This document shows positions 22,192 to 32,718 of a stretch of 64,000 bases of DNA, one piece after another (the first letter of the stretch is position 1; each line of letters opens with the position of its first letter). A program made the translations under genes and the position numbers. Source of the stretch: an uncultured Thermoleophilia bacterium. Its GTDB lineage: Bacteria > Actinomycetota > Thermoleophilia > UBA2241. The notes below the pieces were generated by a model. That model had not been told where the DNA came from. It was given only the letters and a program-made list of their open reading frames with translations, and ran no database searches. The stretch covers positions 75,565 through 139,564 of the forward strand of contig CAWFDC010000015.1 in NCBI GenBank assembly GCA_963814545.1, given 5' to 3'.

Positions 22192-23100
22192 GACCAGGGC
22201 GGCGACGACCAGCCGTGCGCGTACGCGCTCGCCGAGGGCGACGAAGCCGAAGGCGATGGCGAAGACCGGCGTCGTCGCCATGATGAGCATGGTGAGCACG
22301 GGGCCGATGTGCTGGACACAGAGGTAGAAGAGCACGGTCACGCAGGTCTCGAGCACGCCGGTGACGGCGATCAGGCGCACGGCGGTGCGGCGCTGCGCGG
22401 GTGACAGGGCGTGCGGCGTCAGCGGCATGCGGCGCACCAGGATGATCGCCCCCAGGATCGCCATGCCGAGCAGCTGGCTCTGGATCATCATCGTCGCCGT
22501 GACGCGCCCGTAGGCCTGGCTCGCGAGGTCGATGAGGATAGGGCCGAGGCCCCAGCCGGCGGCGGTGACCAGCGACAGGACGATGACCACGGCGCGCGGG
22601 GTAGCCGCGCCGCCGGCGGTCGCCGGCGGCGCGGCTACCCCGCGCTCGAACGCCGGCCCGCCGAGGGCGTCGACGGTGACGTCCGGCTCGTCCTCCATCC
22701 AGCGCGAGATCAGGACGACGCCGGTCATGACCACGACCAGGCCGACGAGCGTGGGTGCGCCGATCGCCGCCCCGAGGATCGCGAAGGCGAAGAGCGCGGT
22801 CCAGACCGGGTCCGTGCTGGCGATGGGCGCGACCACACTGACCTTGCCGACGCGCAGCGCGTAGTAGTAGGTGCTGAACGCGATCAGCCAGGTGACGATC
22901 GACGAGACGGCGATGTAGCCGGCCGCAGCCCAGTTGCTGCCGAAGCCGTTGGACCAGAGGCCGAAGACGGTGAGGGGCACGGTGAGCACGGCGATGCCGA
23001 TCGCGGACACGCCGCGCAGGAAGAAGTTGAGGGCCAGCGGACTGATGTACTCGAGGGTCCGCTTGTTGACGATGATGACGACCGCCCAGAGCGCCGTCAT
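22147..23100 (-). CDS. EamA/DMT-family transporter
   Basis: 317 aa, about 10 hydrophobic helices in two EamA-like halves (VIIVNKRTLEYISPLALNFFLRG; LGPILIDLASQAYGRV). Confidence 0.8.
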   Translation of the reverse strand: MTALWAVVIIVNKRTLEYISPLALNFFLRGVSAIGIAVLTVPLTVFGLWSNGFGSNWAAAGYIAVSSIVTWLIAFSTYYYALRVGKVSVVAPIASTDPVWTALFAFAILGAAIGAPTLVGLVVVMTGVVLISRWMEDEPDVTVDALGGPAFERGVAAPPATAGGAATPRAVVIVLSLVTAAGWGLGPILIDLASQAYGRVTATMMIQSQLLGMAILGAIILVRRMPLTPHALSPAQRRTAVRLIAVTGVLETCVTVLFYLCVQHIGPVLTMLIMATTPVFAIAFGFVALGERVRARLVVAALVTLAGVLLAVLDGSL

Positions 23101-23372
23101 GACGAACGCGGCCAGCGTCCAGACGACGTACGTGCTCGAGATCGCCGCACCTCCGGGTCGCGCCGCGCCGGGGTCGCGCGGCCTGCGGATTCTATCGCAG
23201 GCGCGTCGCGTCGCGTCGCGAGGCCGGGGCGCGCGGCGCAGCGTCGCGAGGCCGCCGCGCGCGGCGCATCGCCGCTGCGGCGTGTCGACGCCGGGTGTCT
23301 CCGCGCGTGCCGGCGTCGCGTGCGCGTCGCGAAGGATATAATCCGGGCCGTTGCGTCGGGGGGAGGAGAGGC

Positions 23373-23915
23373 ATGAAGACCACTGTCGGCAGGACCGCGC
23401 TCGAGCTCGTGGTCGGTGACATCACCGAGCTCGCGGTCGATGCCGTGGCGAACGCCGCGAACACCGAGCTGTGGATGGGCGCCGGCGTCGCCGGCGCCCT
23501 CAAGCGGGTCGGGGGCGAGGACGTCGAGAGAGAGGCCATGGCCCAGGGTCCCATCGCGCTGGGCGAGGCGGTCGCGACCCACGGTCACGCGCTCAAGGCG
23601 CCGTGGGTGATCCACGCCGCCGTCATGGGCCCCGACCTGCAGACCGACGCGTCCGCCATCGTCAAGGCGACGACCGCCGCCCTCGAGATGGCCGGCAAGG
23701 TCCGCGCTCGCTCCCTCGCCCTGCCGGCCTTCGGTACGGGGGTCGGCGGCGTCCCGGTCTACCAGTCCGCCAGCCTCATGGTGGGCGAGACGGTGCGCTA
23801 CCTTAAGGCGGAGCCGAAGACGAGCCTGCGGCACGTCATCTTCTCGGTCTACAACGACGCCGCCCGGGCGGCCTTCAAGCACGCCCTCGCCGGCAGCGCG
23901 CGCTTCAACCGCTAG
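23373..23915 (+). CDS. Macro-domain protein (ADP-ribose-binding / O-acetyl-ADP-ribose deacetylase-like)
   Basis: ATG after GGGAGGAGAG. Motifs VVGDITELAVDAVANAANTEL, GAGVAGAL, VIHAAV and LALPAFGTGVGG. A TATAAT hexamer lies at 23337-23342. Confidence 0.85.
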   Translation: MKTTVGRTALELVVGDITELAVDAVANAANTELWMGAGVAGALKRVGGEDVEREAMAQGPIALGEAVATHGHALKAPWVIHAAVMGPDLQTDASAIVKATTAALEMAGKVRARSLALPAFGTGVGGVPVYQSASLMVGETVRYLKAEPKTSLRHVIFSVYNDAARAAFKHALAGSARFNR

Positions 23916-24043
23916 TCGGCGGCCGCTCGCGGTCGTCGCCGCTCAGCGCGGCGACCGAGATGACGCCGCCTCCGGTCCGGCCGCCGCCGCGCGGCCGCGG
24001 CGACGGTCAAGCCTCCCGGGGATCCCGGGACCGTCCGCGACGG

Positions 24044-25228
24044 TCAAGCCTCCTCGGGGATCTCCGGCCCCGGCGGCCGTACCCGCTCGCCGGTGTGCCG
24101 CCCGTAGACCAGCTTGATGAGGTACGGCGAGGTCAGGGTCGTGATCAGCACCATGCCGATGATGGCCGCGTAGACCTTGTCGCCCAAGGCGCCGGACGCC
24201 AGGGCGATGCCTGCCACGACGATGCCGACCTCACCGCGCGGGATCATGCCGACCCCGACCTCGCGTGCGACCCGCCGGCCCTCGCGGCGGGCGCCCAGCC
24301 TGGCCCCGTAGTACTTGGTCACCATGGCCACGGCGGTGAAGGCGAAGATCTCGAGCAGCACGGTGGTGTCGGCGAAGGCGCGCAGGTCGAGGTAGCTGCC
24401 GATGAGCACGAAGAAGAACGGCATGAAGAACCAGGCCAGCGGCTCGACCTTCTCCTCGACCGCGGTGTGCTGCTTGAGCTCGGCGACCACGAGACCGGCG
24501 AGGAAGGCGCCGACGATCGCCGCCAGGCCGATGTACTCGGCGAGCAGCGAGAGCCCGAGCATGAACACGACGGCGACCTCGAAGACCACGGTCGCCGAGA
24601 GGCGCGACGCCAGCCCCGTGAGGCGGGTGATGAGACGCGGGCCGAGCAGGCCGATGCCCACGACGTAGGCGATCGCCTCGACGATCAGCAGCGTGAACTC
24701 GAGCCAGTTACCGGTGCCCAGGGCGTACGCGGTGACGATGCTGAGGACGAGCAGGCCGAGGACGTCGTCGAGCACCGCGGCGCCGAGGATGATGGAGACC
24801 GACTTGCGACGTTCGTAGCCCAGGTCGCGCAGCACGCGCACGGTGATGCCGACCGAGGTGGCGAGCAGGGCCGTGGCCACGAAGAGGGTCTCCGTGGTGT
24901 CGAAGCCGAAGACGGGCCCCAGGATCAGACCGCCGGCGAACGGCATGACGGCGCCGAGGACGGCGACGAGCGCCGACGACACCTTGCTGCGCGTGAGCGC
25001 CGCCATGTGGGTGTCCAGCCCGGCCATGAAGAGCAGCAGGATCACGCCGAGTTCGGCGAGCACCTCGAGGAACTCGGTGTGCTTGACGACGTTCAGCAGG
25101 AAGGGCCCGAGGACGGCGCCGACGAGCAGCTCGCCGATCACGGCGGGCTGCCCGAAGCGCGCGAAGAGGCGCCCCATGATGCGGGCGGCGGCGAAGGCGA
25201 TGAAGATCTGGAGCAGGATGTCGGTCAA
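24044..25228 (-). CDS. Cation:proton antiporter (CPA1/CPA2-type Na+/H+ or K+/H+ exchanger)
   Basis: Multi-helix membrane protein with LFARFGQPAVIGELLVGAVLGP, LLFMAGLDT and IPRGEVGIVVAGIAL. TTG start at 25228 after AAAGGA chosen; the upstream part of ORF 24044..25300 is not hydrophobic. Confidence 0.8.
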   Translation of the reverse strand: MTDILLQIFIAFAAARIMGRLFARFGQPAVIGELLVGAVLGPFLLNVVKHTEFLEVLAELGVILLLFMAGLDTHMAALTRSKVSSALVAVLGAVMPFAGGLILGPVFGFDTTETLFVATALLATSVGITVRVLRDLGYERRKSVSIILGAAVLDDVLGLLVLSIVTAYALGTGNWLEFTLLIVEAIAYVVGIGLLGPRLITRLTGLASRLSATVVFEVAVVFMLGLSLLAEYIGLAAIVGAFLAGLVVAELKQHTAVEEKVEPLAWFFMPFFFVLIGSYLDLRAFADTTVLLEIFAFTAVAMVTKYYGARLGARREGRRVAREVGVGMIPRGEVGIVVAGIALASGALGDKVYAAIIGMVLITTLTSPYLIKLVYGRHTGERVRPPGPEIPEEA

Positions 25229-25278
25229 GGCGGCGTCCTTTCGTGGACGCGAGCCGCGTCCGGTGTAAATTCCATGGC

Positions 25279-26382
25279 ATGAATGAGGTACCGGGCGCAA
25301 GCGGGTGTGGAGTGCCGGGCGGCGGCGGTGACGCCGCGCCGCGCGGCGGCCTGACTGACGTGGGCGGCCTCGCGGTCGGTCACTGGACCGACCGCGAGGC
25401 CGCCACGGGCTGCACCGTCGTGCTCTGCGGCGAAGGCGCGGTCGCCGGCGTCGCCGTGCGCGGCGCCGCCCCCGGCACGCGCGAGACCGACCTCCTCGAC
25501 CCCGTCAACGCTGTGCAGCGCATCCACGCCGTGCTGCTCACCGGGGGCAGCGCCTTCGGGCTCGACGCCGCCGGCGGGGTGATGCGCTGGCTCGAGGAGC
25601 GCGAGCTCGGCTGCGAGGTCGGTCTCTGTCGCGTTCCCATCGTCACGGCGGCCGTGCTCTTCGACCTGCCGGTCGGCCGCGGCGACGTGCGCCCGGGGGC
25701 GGAGGAGGGGTACGCGGCCTGCGACGCGGCGTCGGCGGCGCCGGTGCCCGAGGGCTCGGTCGGCGCCGGCACCGGCGCCACGGTCGGCAAGCTGTACGGC
25801 GTGGCCTCCGCGACCAAGGGCGGTGTCGGCGGCGACGCCGCGCGGCTCGGCAGCGGCGTCGTCGTCGCGGCGCTGGCGGTCGTCAACGCCTTCGGCAACG
25901 TCCGCGACCCCGCGACCGGCGAGGTCCTCGCCGGGGCCCGCGGCGAGGGCGGCGGCTTCGTCGACATGACGGCGTGGCTGGCGGCCAACGACGCCGAAGT
26001 CGCCGACCGGGGGCGGGCGGCGAAGGCCCTCTGGCCCGAGCGGGAGGCGCCGGGAGGGGCCGGCCCCGACGGGCCGGCCCCTCCCGGCGCCTCCACGACC
26101 CTCATCGTCGTCGCCACCGACGCCGTCCTCGACAAGGCCGGCGCCACCGCCGTCGCCGGCATGGCCCACGACGGCATCGCCCGCGCCGTCGATCCGTGCC
26201 ACACGCAGCGCGACGGCGATGCCGTCTTCGCCCTGGCGACGGGTACCGCGGTCCGCGCCGTCGACGTCTCCGCGCTCGGCGCCGTCGCCGCGCGTGTCGT
26301 CGCCGCGGCGATCGTCCGCGCCGTGCGCACGGCGACCGCCGTCGCCGGCATCCCCGCCCTCCGCGACCTCGGCTCACCGTGA
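25279..26382 (+). CDS. Peptidase S58 (DmpA/BapA-type L-aminopeptidase) family protein
   Basis: GLTDVGGLAVGHWTD, TGCTVVL, AVLLTGGSAFGLDAA and the putative self-cleavage/nucleophile region TTLIVVATDA. Confidence 0.8.
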   Translation: MNEVPGASGCGVPGGGGDAAPRGGLTDVGGLAVGHWTDREAATGCTVVLCGEGAVAGVAVRGAAPGTRETDLLDPVNAVQRIHAVLLTGGSAFGLDAAGGVMRWLEERELGCEVGLCRVPIVTAAVLFDLPVGRGDVRPGAEEGYAACDAASAAPVPEGSVGAGTGATVGKLYGVASATKGGVGGDAARLGSGVVVAALAVVNAFGNVRDPATGEVLAGARGEGGGFVDMTAWLAANDAEVADRGRAAKALWPEREAPGGAGPDGPAPPGASTTLIVVATDAVLDKAGATAVAGMAHDGIARAVDPCHTQRDGDAVFALATGTAVRAVDVSALGAVAARVVAAAIVRAVRTATAVAGIPALRDLGSP

Positions 26383-26527
26383 GCGGTAGTCGTCATGAGG
26401 CGTGCGCGGCGCGACCTTCGATGGCCGGCATCCCCGCTCTCCGCGGCCTCGTCCAGCCGCGAGCCACGGCCCCGGCATGCCCCGAGCCACGCCCCCGGCA
26501 CGTGGCGAGCGACGACCTTCTCGGACC

Positions 26528-27514
26528 ATGAGCGGCGACAGCCTCCTCTACCTCACACGGACCGAGATCGAAGGGCTCGGCATCGGCGCCGGCGAGGTCG
26601 TGGACGCCCTCGATGCCGGCCTGGGCGAGAAGGGCCGCGGGGCGGTCGTGATGCCGCCCAAGACATCCTTGCAAGGCCCGGACCGCGCCTTCTGTCAGGT
26701 GCTGTCGGCCTGGCTGCCGCGCTCGGGCGCGCTCGGGGTCAAGTGGGTGACGATCTTCCCTGCGAACGCGGCGAAGGGCCTGCCGGCCGTCGGCGGCCTC
26801 GTCGTGCTCAGCGACGCCTCCACGGGGAGGCCCCAGGCGATCCTCGACGGCGGCGTCATCACCGCCTGGCGCACCGGCGCGAGCGCGGCGCTCGCGGCAC
26901 GCTACCTGGCCCGCCCCGAGGTCGACTGCGTCGGCCTGCTCGGCTGTGGGGTCCAGGGCAGGGCAAGCGTCGACGCCCTCGCCGCCGAGCTGCCCGGCCT
27001 GCGTAGCGTGCGCTGCCACGACGCCGTCGCGGCGGCGGCCGCGGCCTTCGTCGCCGAGGCGGCGGTCCGGCTGCCCGGCATCGACGTGGTGGTCTGCGAC
27101 CGGGCCGCGGCGGTCGCGCGCGGCGCCGGCGTCGTCGTGACCGCGATCACCATGAGCGACGATGTGGCGCCACCGCTCGCCGCCGGCCGCCTCGAGCCCG
27201 GCGCCCTCGCGGTCGCGCTCGACTACGACGCCGCCTGGAGCGCGGCGGCCATGGCCGAGTGCGAGCGCTTCTACTGCGACGACACCGCGCAGGTGCTCGC
27301 GACCCGGGCGCACGGCCCGCGCCTGCAGGACATCCCCGAGACCATCGCCGGCGACCTCGGTGAGCTCGCCGCCGGCCTGGTCGAGGGCCGTCGCGACCGG
27401 GGCGAGCGCCTCTTCTGCCTGAATCTCGGGCTCGCGGTCGAGGACGTCGTCACGGCCCGCCTCGTGCTCGCGCGCGCCCGCGAGCGCGGCGTGGGCACCC
27501 CGCTACCGATCTGA
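26528..27514 (+). CDS. Ornithine cyclodeaminase/mu-crystallin family protein
   Basis: LLYLTRTEIEGL, GVKWVTIFPAN, ITAWRTGASAALAARYLA and Rossmann VGLLGCGVQGRASV. Confidence 0.8.
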   Translation: MSGDSLLYLTRTEIEGLGIGAGEVVDALDAGLGEKGRGAVVMPPKTSLQGPDRAFCQVLSAWLPRSGALGVKWVTIFPANAAKGLPAVGGLVVLSDASTGRPQAILDGGVITAWRTGASAALAARYLARPEVDCVGLLGCGVQGRASVDALAAELPGLRSVRCHDAVAAAAAAFVAEAAVRLPGIDVVVCDRAAAVARGAGVVVTAITMSDDVAPPLAAGRLEPGALAVALDYDAAWSAAAMAECERFYCDDTAQVLATRAHGPRLQDIPETIAGDLGELAAGLVEGRRDRGERLFCLNLGLAVEDVVTARLVLARARERGVGTPLPI

Positions 27515-27550
27515 GAGAGCGAGGCCGGCGGCCAACGGCGATCGGCCGTC

Positions 27551-27628
27551 ACGCCCGGCGCCCCTCGTCAGCGCTGACGCCCGGCGCTCCTCGTCAGCGC
27601 TGACGCCTGGCGCTCCTCGTCAGCGCTG
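27551..27628. repeat. 26-bp tandem repeat x3 ending on the stop codon of the minus-strand DUF1786-like gene
   Basis: ACGCCCGGCGCCCCTCGTCAGCGCTG / ACGCCCGGCGCTCCTCGTCAGCGCTG / ACGCCTGGCGCTCCTCGTCAGCGCTG. Each unit carries the palindrome TCAGCGCTGA, which gives a stop triplet on both strands. Confidence 0.85.
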
Positions 27629-28777
27629 AAGGCCGGCCCGCTCCTCCAGCGCGCGCAGCAGGCCGAAGCACCCGGTGAGCATCATGTCGCCATGCGGCGC
27701 CGCGAACTCGAAGGGGAGAGGAGAGCCCTCGAGCATGGCGCGGCGGGGGCCGGTCGCGATCAGCGGCACCCCGTCGGGGACGGACCCGGCGAGCACGGCG
27801 CCGTGACCCCCGTCGTCGCGCACCTCATCGTTCGCCAGGCCCCCGGCGAGGAAGCGCCGCAGGCGCGCGACGAGGCCTGGGCCGTCGAGCAGGCGGGTGT
27901 GGTGCTCGAAGACTCCCGCGAGGCGCCCCTCGCGGGCCACGGCGCAGACCGTGTGCCCGTTGCCGACATTGACGAGCACGGCGTCGTCGTGGCCCTCGGG
28001 CAGGGCGCCGTAGAGGGCCGCCGGCCCGGTGTCCGCGACGAGGAGGCGGGCGGGTGCCCCGCCCGCCTCCTCGTCGCCGGCGCGCCCCGCGGCGAGCCGT
28101 CGTGCGGCCCCCAGCGCCGCCCGGAGGCGCGTGAGCTCCGCCGGCAGCGTGCCGTCGTCGTAGAAGAGCGCGCCCAGGGGCCGCCGTTCGGCGACCGCAC
28201 GCTCCCAGAGGCCGAAACGGAAGACGCGGTTCGAGCCCCCGGGGCTGAACCCGTGGTCCTGCACGGCGACGGCCACGGCGTCGAGACCCGGATCCACGCC
28301 CAGGCGGGCGAAGGCCTCGAGCAGGGCCTCGACGTCGAGGTCGCCCGTACTGATCTCGACGAGGCCGTCGCCCGCCGCGGCGAGCAGCGCGCCGGCCTCT
28401 TCATCACCGACGACCTGCACCCCCAGGCGCCGCGCCCGCTCCGGGTCGTCGGCGAACGTGAGTACGGCCTCCTCGGTCGCGACGAACCCGCCGCCGGCGG
28501 CGAGGTGGCGTTTCATCGCCGCCGTCGAAGCACCGCCACCCATCACCGGCCCGCGCAGCACGACCGTCGCCCCACGGGCCGTCGCCGTCGCGATACGCCG
28601 CCCCACGACCTGCGTCGCCGCGGGTACGACGAGCTTGAAGGCGTTCTCGAGCGCTTCGCCGGGCCGCGTGAGGAGGATGTCGGTGGTGCCGGCGCCGACG
28701 TCGATGCAGAGGGCGCGACCTGCCGATGAGACGTCGCGCCCGGCATCCGCCCGGGACGCGCCGACTTGCCGGTCCAC
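27620..28777 (-). CDS. ASKHA (actin/sugar-kinase-like) fold protein, DUF1786-like; start uncertain
   Basis: Phosphate-1-like motif LCIDVGAGTTDILL, later VLVNVGNGHTVCAV. Family assignment is from memory of DUF1786 architecture. GTG 28777 is the first start downstream of the neighbouring gene. Confidence 0.5.
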   Translation of the reverse strand: MDRQVGASRADAGRDVSSAGRALCIDVGAGTTDILLTRPGEALENAFKLVVPAATQVVGRRIATATARGATVVLRGPVMGGGASTAAMKRHLAAGGGFVATEEAVLTFADDPERARRLGVQVVGDEEAGALLAAAGDGLVEISTGDLDVEALLEAFARLGVDPGLDAVAVAVQDHGFSPGGSNRVFRFGLWERAVAERRPLGALFYDDGTLPAELTRLRAALGAARRLAAGRAGDEEAGGAPARLLVADTGPAALYGALPEGHDDAVLVNVGNGHTVCAVAREGRLAGVFEHHTRLLDGPGLVARLRRFLAGGLANDEVRDDGGHGAVLAGSVPDGVPLIATGPRRAMLEGSPLPFEFAAPHGDMMLTGCFGLLRALEERAGLQR

Positions 28778-28824
28778 GCCGGCCCGCCCGCCGGCGTCCG
28801 GCGCCGCGGAGCCGCCGCAGCAGC

Positions 28825-29565
28825 TCACGCGCCGCGCTCCGGCGCGCGCTGCGCCGGGGCGCTGAAGCGGAGCTTCCAGACGCTCTTCATCGCCTCGACG
28901 ACGATGTCGTTGGTCATCTTCGACTGGCCGACCTTGCGGTCGACGAAGACGATCGGCAGCTCGACGACGCGGAAGCCGAGCTGGTGGACGCGGTAGGTGA
29001 GCTCGATCTGGAAGCCGTACCCCCGCGCGTCGACGGCGTCGAGGTCGAGGGTCTCGAGCACCTCGCGGCGGAAGCACTTGTAGCCCCCGGTGAGGTCGTG
29101 GTAGGGGAGACCGAGGATGGTCTGCGCGTACAGGCAGCCGCCGCGGCTGATGACGCGGCGCGGCAGCGTCCAGTTCTCGACCCCGCCGCCGCGCACGTAG
29201 CGCGAGCCGAGGACGAGGTCGGCCCCGTGCTCGATCAGGCGCAGGAAGTCGGGGATGTAGGAGGCGTCGTGCGAGAGGTCGGCGTCCATCTCGAAGACGC
29301 GCTCGGCCCCCATCGCCAGCGCGTGGCGGAAGCCGTCGATGTAGGCGCGCCCCAGCCCCTCCTTGCCGGGCCGGTGCAGCACCGAGACGTCGGGCAGCTG
29401 CGCGGCGAGCTCGTCGGCGAGCTCGCCGGTGCCGTCGGGCGAGTCGTCGTCGACGATCATCGTGTGCAGGGGGAGGCCGTGGCCGTCGGCGACCTCGCGG
29501 ATGCGGGCCAGCGCGTGCCGCAGATTGGGCCGCTCGTTGTACGTGGGGAGGACGATGACGTTCAC
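28825..29565 (-). CDS. Polyprenol-monophosphomannose synthase / dolichyl-phosphate mannosyltransferase-like GT2 glycosyltransferase
   Basis: VIVLPTYNERPNL, MIVDDDSPDGTG, FEMDADLSHD and GSRYVRGGG. GTG start 29565 chosen because the family normally begins just before the PTYNE motif. Confidence 0.8.
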   Translation of the reverse strand: MNVIVLPTYNERPNLRHALARIREVADGHGLPLHTMIVDDDSPDGTGELADELAAQLPDVSVLHRPGKEGLGRAYIDGFRHALAMGAERVFEMDADLSHDASYIPDFLRLIEHGADLVLGSRYVRGGGVENWTLPRRVISRGGCLYAQTILGLPYHDLTGGYKCFRREVLETLDLDAVDARGYGFQIELTYRVHQLGFRVVELPIVFVDRKVGQSKMTNDIVVEAMKSVWKLRFSAPAQRAPERGA

Positions 29566-29807
29566 GCGCGTAGTATATCCGCCCCGCGGCGTGGTCCTCG
29601 GTGCTCTGAACGGTGACCGTAACGCTGTGAGCGGGGGTTCCGCGACGGCTCTCCAGCGCCGCCCGAGGGTGCCTTCAGGCGGCGCTCGAAGGAGCCGTCG
29701 CGCGGCCCGACCGACGACCCTCCGGAGTGTAAGTATCACCCTCGACTAGACAGTGAGGCTTTTCTTTCGCCTGCGGGCGGAAGGAGGGGTTGCGCGGGGG
29801 GTCGAAT

Positions 29808-29855
29808 GCACTATATTGGTGTCCCTACTTGCCGGGGGCACCACATGTTGTGGTG
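29808..29855 (+). promoter_or_regulatory. Two NrdR-box-like palindromes upstream of nrdR-nrdJ
   Basis: GCACTATATTGGTGT (29808-29822) and CACCACATGTTGTGGTG (29839-29855), centres about 32 bp apart and 30-80 nt upstream of the nrdR start. They resemble the acaCwAtATaTwGtgt consensus. Confidence 0.6.
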
Positions 29856-29884
29856 ATGGCGAGTCCGCTGCAGGGTGAGGTCCG

Positions 29885-30454
29885 ATGCGCTGTCCCTACT
29901 GCGGGAGCGACGAGAGCCGCGTCGTCGACTCCCGCGACTCTGAGTCCGGCGACGCCGTGCGTCGCCGGCGCGAGTGCCTGGAGTGCGACCGTCGCTACAC
30001 CACCTACGAGCGCGTCGAAGACGTCCCGCTCGTGGTGGTCAAGCGCGACGGCCGCGAGGAGATGTTCGCCCGCGCCAAGCTGCTCAACGGGCTGCTGCGC
30101 GCCTGCGAGAAGAGGAGCGTCGACCGCGAGCGCCTCGAGCGCGCGGTCGACGAGATCGAGACCGAGGTACGGCAGGGCGGGCGCGACCGGGTGAGCACGC
30201 AGGAGGTCGGTGAGCGCGCGCTGCGGGCGCTGCGCGAGATCGACAAGGTCGCCTACGTGCGCTTCGCCTCGGTGTACCGCCAGTTCGACGATCTCGAGCA
30301 GTTCCAGCGCGAGCTCGCCCGCCTGGAGGAGGCGGGCGCCGACCCCCTGCCGGGGGAGGAGCCGCTGCCGGGGCTCGACGGCACCAGGCTCGACGGCGAG
30401 CTCGAGGCGCTCGTCACCGAGCGCCGCCACAACGTGACACGACAGACTCCCTGA
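29885..30454 (+). CDS. nrdR: Transcriptional repressor NrdR (zinc ribbon + ATP-cone)
   Basis: [19 protein letters not shown]...[20 protein letters not shown] followed by an ATP-cone ([11 protein letters not shown]...[14 protein letters not shown]). Confidence 0.95.
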   Translation: MRCPYCGSDESRVVDSRDSESGDAVRRRRECLECDRRYTTYERVEDVPLVVVKRDGREEMFARAKLLNGLLRACEKRSVDRERLERAVDEIETEVRQGGRDRVSTQEVGERALRALREIDKVAYVRFASVYRQFDDLEQFQRELARLEEAGADPLPGEEPLPGLDGTRLDGELEALVTERRHNVTRQTP

Positions 30455-30486
30455 CGGGGACAAGCAGAAAGAGGGGCAGAGGCCAG

Positions 30487-32718
30487 ATGTCGAACGCAGT
30501 GATAGAACTCACGCCCAACGCGCTGCGCGTGCTGCAGCGGCGGTACCTCAAGAAGGGGGAGAACGGGGAGCTCCTCGAGACCCCCGAGGAGATGTTCCGC
30601 CGCGTCGCGCACGCGATCGCCCAGGCCGAGCGGCTCTACAACCCGGCCGCGCCGGTCGAGGAGTGGGAGGAGACCTTCTACGAGCTCATGACCGGGCTCG
30701 AGTTCCTCCCCAACAGCCCGACCCTCATGAACGCCGGCCGCGAGCTCGGGCAGCTCTCGGCCTGCTTCGTGCTGCCCGTCGGCGACTCCATGGACTCGAT
30801 CTTCGAGGCGGTCAAGAACACCGCCCTCATCCACAAGAGCGGCGGCGGCACCGGCTTCAGCTTCTCGCGCGTGCGCCCCAAGAACGACCTCGTGCTCAGC
30901 ACCAAGGGCGTGTCGTCGGGGCCGCTCTCCTTCATGAGCGTCTTCGACGCCGCCACCGAGACCATCAAGCAGGGCGGCACGCGGCGCGGCGCCAACATGG
31001 GCATCATGCGCGTCGACCACCCCGACATCCTCGACTTCATCACCGCCAAGCAGGACGACGCCAAGCTCAACAACTTCAACATCTCGGTCGCCGTCACCGA
31101 CTCCTTCATGCGCGCCGTCGAGCACGACGAGGAGTACGCCCTCGTCAACCCGCGCTCCGGCGACGTCGTGAAGAAGCTCAACGCACGCAAGGTCTTCAAG
31201 ACCATGGTCACCCTGGCGTGGAAGAACGGCGACCCCGGCATCGTCTTCATCGACCGCATCAACGCCGACAACCCCACGCCGCAGCTCGGCGACATCGAGA
31301 GCACAAATCCTTGCGGTGAACAGCCATTACTGCCGTACGAGTCGTGCAACCTGGGCTCGATCAACCTGTCGCGGGTGGCCGACAAGGGGCACGTCGACTA
31401 CGGCCGTCTCGGGCGCGTCGTCAAGACGGCCGTCCGCTTCCTCGACGACGTCATCGACGTCAATCGCTACCCGCTGCCCGAGATCGAGCAGATGACCAAG
31501 GGCAACCGCAAGATCGGTCTCGGCGTGATGGGCTTCGCCGACCTGCTCCTCAGGCTCGGCGTGCCCTACGACTCCGACGAGGCCTGCACCATCGCCGGCG
31601 AGCTCATGGCCTTCGTCCACCAGGAGGCCCGGGCGGCCAGCGAAGAGCTCGCCGCCGAGCGCGGCGTCTTCCCCAACTTCGAGGGCTCGGTCTACGACCG
31701 GCCGGAGATGCCGCGCGTGCGCAACGCGACCACGACGACCATCGCCCCCACGGGCACGATCAGCATCATCGCCGGCTGCTCGAGCGGCATCGAGCCGCTG
31801 TTCGCGCTCTCCTACGTGCGCGCCAACGTCCTCGACGACGAGCGCATGGTCGAGGTCGACCCGTACTTCGAGCAGGTGGCGAAGGAGCGCGGCTTCCACA
31901 GCGCCGATCTCATGGCGCGCATCGCCGAGCAGGGCACCGTGCGCGGCCTCGACGAGGCGCCGGTCGACGTGCAGACGACCTTCGCCACGGCGCACGACAT
32001 CACGCCCGAGTGGCACATCAAGCTGCAGTCGGCCTTCCAGTCCCACACCGACAACGCCGTGTCCAAGACCGTCAACTTCGCCAACTCGGCGACCAGCGAC
32101 GACGTCGAGAAGGTCTACCTGCTGGCCTACAAGTCGGGCTGCAAGGGCGTCACGATCTACCGCGACGGCAGCCGCGAGGAGCAGGTGCTCAACGTCGGGC
32201 AGAGCCTCAAGAGGAAGGACCCCGGCCACGGCATCGCCACCACGCGGCCGTCGCGGCCCCGGCTTCTCACCGGGCAGACCGAGCGCATGGAGACGGGCTG
32301 CGGGCACCTGTTCATCATCATGAACGAGGACGAATACGGCCCGCGCGAGGTCTTCGCCAACATGGGCAAGGCCGGCGGGTGCGCCTCGTCCAACACCGAG
32401 GCACTCGGGCGCCTCATCTCGCTCGCCCTCAAGAAGGGCGCCGAGCCGAGCGAGGTCGTCGAGCACCTCAAGGGCATCCGCTGCCACGTGCCGTACGGCA
32501 TCGGTCCCAACGCGACGCTGAGCTGCGCCGACGCCATCGGCAAGGCGATCGAGCGCCGCTGGGTGACCGGCGCCGCCGCGGCGGCGCACGGCGCGCCCGA
32601 GCCCCAGTTGTCACTGGTCGAGGTCGCGCAGGGCGCCTGCCCCGACTGCGGCGGGGTGATCGAGCACGAGGGCGGGTGCGTGGTGTGCCGGCTGTGCGGG
32701 TTCTCCAAGTGCGGGTAG
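30487..32718 (+). CDS. nrdJ: Class II (adenosylcobalamin-dependent) ribonucleotide reductase
   Basis: 743 aa. [56 protein letters not shown], and a C-terminal Cys-rich tail [26 protein letters not shown]. Ends in TAG. Confidence 0.95.
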   Translation: MSNAVIELTPNALRVLQRRYLKKGENGELLETPEEMFRRVAHAIAQAERLYNPAAPVEEWEETFYELMTGLEFLPNSPTLMNAGRELGQLSACFVLPVGDSMDSIFEAVKNTALIHKSGGGTGFSFSRVRPKNDLVLSTKGVSSGPLSFMSVFDAATETIKQGGTRRGANMGIMRVDHPDILDFITAKQDDAKLNNFNISVAVTDSFMRAVEHDEEYALVNPRSGDVVKKLNARKVFKTMVTLAWKNGDPGIVFIDRINADNPTPQLGDIESTNPCGEQPLLPYESCNLGSINLSRVADKGHVDYGRLGRVVKTAVRFLDDVIDVNRYPLPEIEQMTKGNRKIGLGVMGFADLLLRLGVPYDSDEACTIAGELMAFVHQEARAASEELAAERGVFPNFEGSVYDRPEMPRVRNATTTTIAPTGTISIIAGCSSGIEPLFALSYVRANVLDDERMVEVDPYFEQVAKERGFHSADLMARIAEQGTVRGLDEAPVDVQTTFATAHDITPEWHIKLQSAFQSHTDNAVSKTVNFANSATSDDVEKVYLLAYKSGCKGVTIYRDGSREEQVLNVGQSLKRKDPGHGIATTRPSRPRLLTGQTERMETGCGHLFIIMNEDEYGPREVFANMGKAGGCASSNTEALGRLISLALKKGAEPSEVVEHLKGIRCHVPYGIGPNATLSCADAIGKAIERRWVTGAAAAAHGAPEPQLSLVEVAQGACPDCGGVIEHEGGCVVCRLCGFSKCG

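Noticed and set aside
26528-28777. The ornithine cyclodeaminase-family gene and the ASKHA/DUF1786-like gene as possible pyrrolysine biosynthesis or charging genes (PylD/PylS-like).
   Set aside because: The first has the usual mu-crystallin/OCD layout. The second has actin-fold phosphate motifs, not class II aminoacyl-tRNA synthetase motifs. No radical-SAM (PylB) or ATP-grasp (PylC) gene is nearby, and I found no tRNA with a CUA anticodon in the intergenic regions I read.
29566-29807. A cobalamin or other riboswitch, or a small RNA, in the 320-bp region upstream of nrdR-nrdJ.
   Set aside because: I could not find a B12-box-like motif or other riboswitch core. The region is adequately explained by the 5' UTR of the minus-strand GT2 gene plus the NrdR boxes. 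It should still be scanned with Rfam.
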